Under the pieces are notes generated by a model. The model was not told the origin of the DNA. It did not search any database and was given only the letters and a program-made list of their open reading frames with translations. A program made the translations under genes and the position numbers. This document shows positions 54,727 through 64,000 of a stretch of DNA of 64,000 nt, one piece after another. Source of the DNA: Eledone cirrhosa (taxonomy: Eukaryota). The stretch's first letter is position 1; each line of letters starts with the position of its first letter. The stretch is from the NCBI GenBank assembly GCA_964016885.1, contig OZ024741.1, forward strand, positions 251,782,001 through 251,846,000, read 5' to 3'.

Positions 54727-55883
54727 CTGGCGTAGCAGCATCATCATTAACTGCTACAAGGGTAAAGGAGATGCCCTAGATAGGGGTAACTATAGAGGCA
54801 TTAAATTAATCGACCAGGTCATGAAGGTCACAGAAAAAGTAATAGCGCAATTAATCAGAGAGTGAATTGATCTAGATGAAATGCAGTTCGGGTTTGTGTC
54901 AGGTAAAAGTACCACAGACGCTCTTTTCATTGTACGACAACTAGGGGAGAAGTACCTAGCTAAAAGTAAACCCCTATACTTACTTTTGTTGACTTGGAGA
55001 AAGCCTTTGACAGAGTCCCCCGTCCCATTATCTAGTGGGCTCTTAGAAAACTAGGTGTTGATGAATGGCTTGTGAGAGCTATAGAAGCCATGTATAAAGA
55101 AACAGTCAGCAAGGTTAGAATTAACAACGAATATAGTGAAGAGTTTAGCAAACGTAAAAGTTGGTGTTCATCAGGGCTCCGTCCTTAGCCCCCCTACTAT
55201 TTATTATTGCCCTCAAGCTATAACAGAGAAGTTCAAGACCGGCTGCCCATGGGAACTCCTATACGCAGATGATCTAACGCTCATAGCTGAATCAATGGCT
55301 GAACTAGAGAAGAAATTCCAAACATGGAAGCATGGCCTAGAATCAAAAGGCCTTAAAATTAACCTGTCTAAGACTAAAGTTCTAGTTTGTAGGAAGGAAA
55401 ATAGGGCACCGGTCCCATCCGAGAAATGGCCATGCTCAGTGTGTAGGAAAGGAGTAGGCAGAAACTCCATTTTATGTTCCAAATGCAAAGTATGGGTACA
55501 TAAAAGATGTAGTGGGATCACAGGTAAGCTAACTAAGAATATAGATTTTATATGTGGAAGGTGCTCTGGTGCAATAAGTAGCAGCAAATGCCCACAGAAT
55601 ACTAGCTCATTCCATTGCACAGATGGTTCTATATAGTGGACACCTTCCGTTACTTGGGTGACAAAATCAACAGTGGTGGAGGGGGCTATGAAAGTACAGT
55701 AGCTAGAGTCAGAACTGGATGGAAAAAGTTCAGAGAGCTTATACCACTATTAGCCGCTAAAGAGTTCTTTCTAAAAATGAAAGGCAGGCTTTATGATGCC
55801 TGAATACGAACAGCAATGTTACATGGCAGTGAGACCTGGGCATTGTGTGCAGAGGATATACGCAGACTGGAGAGGAACGAAGC
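54727..55883 (+). pseudogene. RTE-clade reverse transcriptase, internal fragment with PHD insertion
   Basis: YKGKGDALDRGNYRGIKL, QFGF, FVDLEKAFDRVPR, QGSVLSP, LLYADDL, FRYLGD; stops and frameshifts; near-identical to the reverse complement of 30140-30982. Confidence 0.93.
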
Positions 55884-55952
55884 TTGCAATGCATTTAAAA
55901 ACAAAATTTACTCCTTAGTGTTATATCTAAGGCATAATGATAATATATATAT

Positions 55953-56242
55953 ATCATCATTTCATGCATTTTACATCCGCTTTTTCCCAAGGGTGGGATG
56001 GGAACTGATTCTGGCTTGACAGTGAGTGGTGGGTGTTTTTTTGCCGTGGCACCTCCACGACCACTTTGCAGTGGAATGATAGGGACTGGGGTCCCTATCA
56101 TCTCATTTCTACAGCTGAGTAAACTGGAGCAATGTGAAATAAAGTGTCTTGCTCAAGGAAACAACACATCACCCAGTCTGAGAATTGGACTCACAACCTT
56201 TCGATTGCAAGACCAATGTTCTAACCACTAAGCCATGTGCCT

Positions 56243-56244
<2 letters not shown>
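55953..56244 (-). mobile_element. SINE family B
   Basis: Reverse complement of the 12742 element with internal deletions. Confidence 0.85.
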
Positions 56245-56805
<561 letters not shown>

Positions 56806-57294
56806 GAAGGGCATCCACCTGTAAAATACCCGGTCAAATTTAGAATCCTCATCAGAGCAAGGTGCGGCATGGCCAATTCTGGCCAGATTTTCCTCTTGGC
56901 ATGGACAACCCATCTAACCCATGCAAGCATGAAAAAATGGATGCTAAATGGTGATGATGATTAGTCTGTGTGTATAGAAGAATTAAAACAAAACAGATTG
57001 TTTCAGAGGATCCTCTGAAACGATCATAAAACAATGAACTAAATTACTATCTCTGACTTTTGTTTTGTTTTCATTGTTCTATACACACAGATATATATAT
57101 ATATATATATATATAAATGGCTTTGTAATTTGGGTAGATTCTTCTTCAAGGAAACCTTATGCAGTGGAACGCCTACTACAAATCTACTGGACACACTTCC
57201 TAATGTCTCTGAAACCAACTTTCCAAGGACACATTGGGTTCTAACATTATTATCGGCCCCTCCACATGCAGGTGGAAAACAATATATATATATA

Positions 57295-57394
57295 CAGGCT
57301 GTCCAAAAAATGTATACATACTTTGATTACTTGTACAGGCAATATTTATTAGAATACTGTTGAAGTGTATATACATATTTTGGGGGGCACCCTG
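57295..57394. mobile_element. Tc1/mariner-type MITE (~100 bp)
   Basis: TA|CAGGCTGTCCAAAAAATGTATACATACTT...AAGTGTATATACATATTTTGGGGGGCACCCTG|TG. Confidence 0.7.
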
Positions 57395-58131
57395 TGTATA
57401 TGTGTATATACATAAAGAGAGAGAAAGAGAGAGAGAGTAAGAAAGATAGATAGATATAGATAGATTATATGAATGTATTTATGAATTAAATATGAAGATA
57501 TAAAGGAGAAACAGATGTGAAGATATTGAGATGGTTGCACACAATGTATCTATTATCTTAAAATATACAAATCAAATCTACAAAGAATATAGAAATGAAA
57601 GATTACAAACTGCATATTTTATCAACAAAGTTATCTACAGTATCAACATAATATAAATTACACTATAAACAACTACATGATATTAGCAACCATTTATCCA
57701 TACATCCTTACCAAAATCAATTATAAGATAACACCTATGGATCCTCTTTAGTTCGACTGAGGGAATGTTGTTGCCATGATAAAATATACCCAGTATGTAT
57801 TGTAAAGTGTGTGGTATTAGAAAGGGCTATCCAGCTCTAATAACCATGCCAACAATGGAATGTGTGTGAGTTATGGTCCTTTGACTCATCTAAAGAAGAA
57901 AAAACTACAAATTAGGGCTAACTCAACCTGTAAGTATAAACCCAAGCCTAGCCAAGCCAAAGTGGACATAAAATGATGATGATGATGTTGATGAACTACA
58001 CAATACAAAGCATTTAAATTCAACTGTGAATTAATACTTAATTCCATGAAATTACTTCCCCTCTCTACCAAAGCTGCTAATTATCACTGTTAGCATTTTG
58101 TTTTCCTTCTCTGACTGACAGTGTACTTTAA

Positions 58132-58569
58132 CCCTTTAATGTTCAAACCAGCCAAAACCGGCTAGAATTCTCTACCTCCTTCTGTTGAAGCTGGCTGTAA
58201 CTGGTCGCTCAAACTGATGTTAAGGTATTGTTCTCAAAATAAATACTTCCAAAATCTCATAGATTCGATATTATGTGAAATATTATGTGAGGTAAAGCCT
58301 TTACTGTGAAAATACAATAGTATATATAGAGTAATGTGAATGCTAAAGGGTTAAACGTTTCGCATTCACATAACTATATTTACTATTGTATTTTCATGGA
58401 AAAGGCTTTATTTCACATAGTTATCATACATAATATCAAATCTACAAGATTTTGATATTTATTTTGAGAACAATACCTTAACGTCAGTATAAGTAGCCAG
58501 TTATGACTGGTTTGAACAGAAAGAGGTGGGAGGATTCTGGCCAGATACGGCTGGGTAAAAGCTAAAGGG
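58132..58569. mobile_element. Two piggyBac-like MITEs in opposite orientation sharing one TTAA
   Basis: 58132-58350 and 58355-58569, both homologous to 51220-51440. Confidence 0.85.
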
Positions 58570-58806
58570 TTAGATTAAAAAAATTGCTATTTACAGCATT
58601 CAATACACCCTATAGTAATCAACCATTACTATGGTCATTTGTATTTAGATGACTACATTTCAAATTTTATTAATCGGTTATTAAAGGGATGTAACAGCCT
58701 CTACTTCTTGAAATATTGGGTAATTTATTCTGTATGTGGAAACATCAATCTTATGAACAAACATATAAGTGTTGAGTAACAGATAGACTGACAAACAGAC
58801 AGGCAA

Positions 58807-58885
<79 letters not shown>

Positions 58886-59074
58886 AATAGATAGATAGAT
58901 AGGCAGATAGGTAGGGAGTGAGGGGGTAGACTTAGAGAGATAGGAAGAGTGAGAAACACATGAAGAGACACGAAAACAAGAATGGAGAGTAAAAAATACA
59001 AAAATTTGAATCTCACAGCAGGAAAATAATTTCTTCATGACATTTATATTAAGGAAAGGACTAAGACAGATAAA

Positions 59075-59091
59075 TGTATATATATATATAA

Positions 59092-59175
<84 letters not shown>

Positions 59176-59181
59176 TCATAC

Positions 59182-59261
<80 letters not shown>

Positions 59262-60445
59262 GTGTGTGTGTGTGTGCATGTGTATATATGTATATATATA
59301 TATATCTGTGTGTGTGTGTGAGTGTGTGTGTGTACACAGACACACATATATACATGCACTCACATACATACATGCATACATCAGCACACACACTGACAAA
59401 TATGCACACACACATACATACATACACACACACATGCACCAACACAGACACATATACATACACCAACACACACACACATGTGCATATCAACACATGCACC
59501 AAACACACAGACACATCGGCACACACACACTCACACACACACACACACACACACACTTACATACATACACACACAAATACACCAGCACAGACACACATAT
59601 ATTCACCAGCAAGCACACACATACACACATACATACACCAACACACACACATACACCAGCACACACACACACATGCAGGTTTATCAGCACATGTACCAAC
59701 ACACAGACACATCACCACACACAAACATACATGCATAAACACACACACATACATGCATAAGCGCACACACATGTATATCAATACATGCACCAACACACAG
59801 ACACATCGGCACACACACAAACACACACTTACATACATACACCAACACACACATGCACACACATGCATACACATGCACACACACACATGCCGATGTATGC
59901 CAACACAGATATGGCTACATACATCAACACACATACATCGGTACATACACTAACACACACACATACATCGGTACACACACATACATCGGTACATACACCA
60001 ACACACACATACACATAACCCAACATGCACACATACATTGGTACATACACACATACGCATCAATACATACACTAACGTACACACACACACACACACACAC
60101 ACACCCACATCAGCACATACACCAGTATACACACATGCACACACATCAATACATACACTAATACACGTGTAGACACACACACACACATAACATATATATA
60201 CACACAGCTCAATCACCAACATACATAGGCACACACACAAATCAACACACACTGATACAAACCTACTTCAGTACATATACAATAGCACACATATCAGCAG
60301 ATACACTAACATACACACAGACACACAGACACACATACCTTGTACTACTCAAATACATACAACTACACTACACATACATATAAGTACACACATATATATC
60401 ACTACACTACACACACATACTGCTACACAATAATATAACTACACA
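59075..60445. repeat. (TA)n and degenerate (CA)n microsatellite field
   Basis: Direct reading. Confidence 0.9.
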
Positions 60446-60451
60446 TATATA

Positions 60452-60918
60452 CAAGGGCATTGTTTCAGGGGAGTACCAGGGGACAAGCTTATTTTTTTAT
60501 ATCTGAACTTCATTTGAATATCATCATCATCATCATCATTTTACGTCCGCTTTTCCCTGCTTGCAAGGGTGGGACGGGAACTGATTCTGGCTTGATTTCT
60601 ACAGCTGGATGCCCTTCCTAGCACCAACCTCATTTACAGTGAGTGCTGGGTGCTTTTTTGCCGTGGCACCTCCACGACCACTTTGCAGTGGAATGATAGG
60701 GACCTCAGTCCCTATCATCTCATTTCTACAGCTGAGTAAACTGGAGCAATGTGAAATAAAGTGTCTTGCTCAAGGAAACAACACATCACCCGAATATATA
60801 GAATTTGATTAGCGTAAAATTTAACTTATGTGATAGGGTCTGGGAAAGGCACCATAAGCAATGCTAACATGCTCCTTTAAGAAGGTTTGTCACATTTTTA
60901 AGGCAAACAAGGCCCCTG
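60452..60918. mobile_element. hAT-like MITE interrupted by a SINE B (60520-60791, minus strand)
   Basis: TIRs caagggcattgttt / aaacaaggcccctg; TSD-like catatata / cacatata. Confidence 0.6.
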
Positions 60919-61099
60919 CACATATATATCACTCCACTACACACACATAACTGCACATACTTATAACTACACGCATACACACTCATAGCACAACAACACC
61001 TGTAAGAAGAGAAGTGGTAGTAGAGATCATCTAAGACATCTCTGTGTATCAGGCAGAGGTCATTCCACTACAATGGCAGACTGGGGCCAAGCTTAAGTC

Positions 61100-61870
61100 A
61101 CTCCAGTAGGGGCCACTGTATAATAAGTAGAGTCACTGTGTAACATATAGAAGCCATACCAGTAAAGTCACTCTATAACAGGTGGAGGTCACTCTATAAC
61201 AGGTATAGGTCACTCTAGTAAAGTCAGAGTATTAGAAGTAGAGGTCACTGCAGTAATGTCACTGGAACAAGGCAGAGGTCACTTCATAAAGATCACTGGA
61301 AGAAGGTAGAGGTCACTTCAGTAAGGTCACTGGAACAAGGCAGAGGTCACTTCAGTAAGGTCACTGGAACAAGGTAGAGGTCACTTCAGTAAGGTCACTG
61401 GAACAAGGCAGAGGTCACATCAGTAAGGTCACTGGAACAAGGCAGAGGTCACTTCAGTAAGGTCATTGAAGTAAGGCAGAGGTCACTTCAGTAAGGTCAC
61501 TTGAACAAGGCAGAGGTCTCTTCAGTAAGGTCATTGAAACAAGGCAGAGGTCACATCAGTAAGGTCACTGGAACAAGGCAGAGGTCACTTCAGTAAGGTC
61601 ATTGAAACAAGGCAGAGGTCACTCCAGTAAGGTCACTGGAACAAGGCAGAGGTCTCTTCAGTAAGGTCATTGAAACAAGGCAGAGGTCACTTCAGTAAGG
61701 TCATTGAAACAAGGCAGAGGTCACTTCAGTAAAGTCACTGGAACAAGGCAGAGGTCTCTTCAGAAAGGTCACTGGAACAAGGCAGAGGTCTCTTCAGAAA
61801 GGTCATTGAATAAGGTAGAGTGCACACCTACATAACAGATAGAGGTCACTGCTGTAAGGTCACTGTAGAG
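61100..61870 (+). repeat. 34-bp minisatellite, ~16 homogeneous units with degenerate edges
   Basis: Unit aaggtcactggaacaaggcagaggtcacttcagt. Confidence 0.95.
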
Positions 61871-62455
61871 TATGAGTGGAGTGTTGAAAGACTATGAGTG
61901 GAGTGTTGGAGTATCAGTAGAGTATTGGAGGTGTATGAATAGAGTGTGAATGGAGTATAGGTGGAGTATGAGTGAAATCCTGAAGAATTGTAAGTGGAGC
62001 ATTGAAGGATTGTCAGTGGAGTGTTGGAGGTGTGTGAGTGTTGAATGAGTGTCAGTGGAGTGCTGAAGAGGTCTGAGTGAAGTGTTGGAGGAGTATAAGT
62101 GGAGTGTTGGAGATGAGTGAGTGGAGTTTTGAAGAGGTGTGAGTGGAGGGTAGGTGGAGTGTTGAAGGAGTGTGAGTGGTGCATTGAATGAGTATGAATG
62201 GAGTGTTGAAGGAGTGTTGAAAGAGTATAGGTAGAATGTTGAAGAGGTGTGAGTGGAGTGTTGAAAGAGTGTCAGTGGAGTATTGGAGGGGTATGAGTGG
62301 AGGGTGGGTAGAGTATTGAAGGAGTGTTAGTGGAGTGTTGGATGAGTTTGAGTGGAGTGTTGGAGTTTTAGTGGAGTGGTGAGGAGTGGGAGGGGACTGT
62401 TGAAAATGTTGAAGCAGTGCAAGTGGTGTGTTGAAGGATTGTCAGTGGAATGTTG
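61870..62455. repeat. Degenerate gagtggagtgttg low-complexity spacer
   Basis: Direct reading. Confidence 0.75.
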
Positions 62456-62459
62456 CCTA

Positions 62460-64000
62460 TCTACCAGTGAGCTTACTGAAGTCACCTCTAGTTTACTCCA
62501 TTGACCTTATGAGGTGACCTCTAGTTTGCTCCAGGGACCTTATGGGAGTGACCTCTAGTTTGCTCCATTGACCTTATGAGGTGACCTCTAGTTTGCTCCA
62601 GGGACCTTATGGGAGTAACCTCTACCTTGCTCCACTGACCTTGTGGGAGTGACCTCTACGTTGCTCCAGTGACCTTATGGGAGTGACCTCTAGTTTGCTC
62701 CAGTGACCTTATGGGAGTGACCTCTACCTTGCTCCACTGACCTTATGGAAGTGATCTCTACCTTGCTCCAGTGACCTTATGGGAGTGACCTCTAGTTTAC
62801 TCCAGTGACCTTATGGGAGTGACCGCTACCTTGTTCCAGTGACCTTATGGGAGTGACCTCTACCATTCTCCAGTGACCTTATGGGAGTGACCTCTAGTTT
62901 GCTCCAGTGACCTTATGGGAGTGACCTCTAGTTTGCTCCAGTGACCTTATGGGAGTGACCTCTACCTTGCTCCACTGACCTTATGGAAGTGATCTCTACC
63001 TTGCTCCAGTGACCTTATGGGAGTGACCTCTAGTTTACTCCAGTGACCTTATGGGAGTGACCGCTACCTTGTTCCAGTGACCTTATGGGAGTGACCTCTA
63101 CCTTGCTCCACTGACCTTATGGAAGTGATCTCTACCATGCTCCAGTGACCTTATGGGAGTGACCTCTAGTTTGCTCCAGTGACCTTATGGGAGTGACCTC
63201 TAGCTTGGTCCAGTCACCATATGGGAATGACCTCTAGTTTGCTCCAGTGACCTTATGGGAGTGGCCTCTAGTGTGTTCCAATGACCTTATGGGGGTGACC
63301 TCTACTTTGCTCCAGTGACCTTATGGGAGTGGCCTCTAGTTTTCTCCAGTCACCTTATGGGAGTAACCTCTAGTTTTCTCCAGTGACCTTATGGGAGTGA
63401 CCTCTACTTTGCTCCAGTGACCTTATGGGAGTGACCTCTAGTTTGCTCCAGTGACCTTATAGGAGTGACCTCTACCTTGCTCCAGTGACCTTATGGGAGT
63501 GACCTCTACCTTGCTCCAGTGACCTTATGGGAGTGACCTCTACCATGCTTCAATGACCTTATGGGAGTGACATCTACGTTGCTCCAATGGCCTTATGGGA
63601 GTGACCTCTACCTTGCTCCAGTGACCTTATGGGAGTGACCTCTACCTTGCTCTAGTAAACCTTATGGGAGTGACTTCTACCTTGCTTCAATGACCTTATG
63701 GGAGTAACCTCTACCTTGCTTCAGTGACCTTATGGGAGTGGCCTGTACCTTGCTCCAGTGACCTTATGGGAGAGACCTCTACCTTGCTCCAGTGACCTTA
63801 TGGGAGTGACCTCTAGTTTTCTCCAGTGACCTTATGGGGGTGACCTCTAGTGTGCTCCAGGGACATTATGGGAGTGACCTCTAGTTTGCTCCAGTGACCG
63901 TGTGGGACTGACCTCTACCTTGCTTCAGTGACCTTATGGGAGTGGCCTGTACCTTGCTCCAGTGACCTTATGGGAGAGACCTCTACCTTGCTCCAGTGAC
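62460..64000 (-). repeat. 34-bp minisatellite, ~45 units, inverted relative to the 61.1-61.9 kb array; runs off the window
   Basis: Unit ctccagtgaccttatgggagtgacctctaccttg; reverse complement caaggtagaggtcactcccataaggtcactggag. Confidence 0.95.

Noticed and set aside
61100-64000. CRISPR-like array of 34-bp repeats
   Set aside because: Units are head-to-tail with no unique spacers; no cas genes; eukaryotic context.

Overview
AT-rich, repeat-saturated animal DNA. The SINE, RTE and microsatellite make-up suggests an octopod cephalopod, which is inference from repeat families recalled from memory. No host gene, rRNA, true tRNA or CRISPR array is supportable, and nearly all ORFs in the track are microsatellite translations. 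The window holds many copies of two tRNA-derived SINE families; decayed RTE, CR1/L2, L1/Tx1 and R4/Dong LINE pieces; piggyBac-, hAT-, mariner- and Kolobok-like MITEs; and several minisatellites. The main observations are: (1) about 10 short non-coding elements, mostly in (TA)n and often fold-back, carrying type I hammerhead ribozyme motifs like Penelope-element pseudo-LTRs, five families of which share a downstream ACTC..TGAGT hairpin; (2) an RTE reverse transcriptase with a C4HC3 PHD finger inserted inside the RT domain, in two copies; (3) that LINE's 3' UTR present as a headless element with a shared 5' end; (4) two inverted arrays of a 34-bp AGGTCA-rich minisatellite; (5) a 31-bp locally templated insertion in a palindrome loop. 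Coordinates were read by eye and may be off by a few bases.
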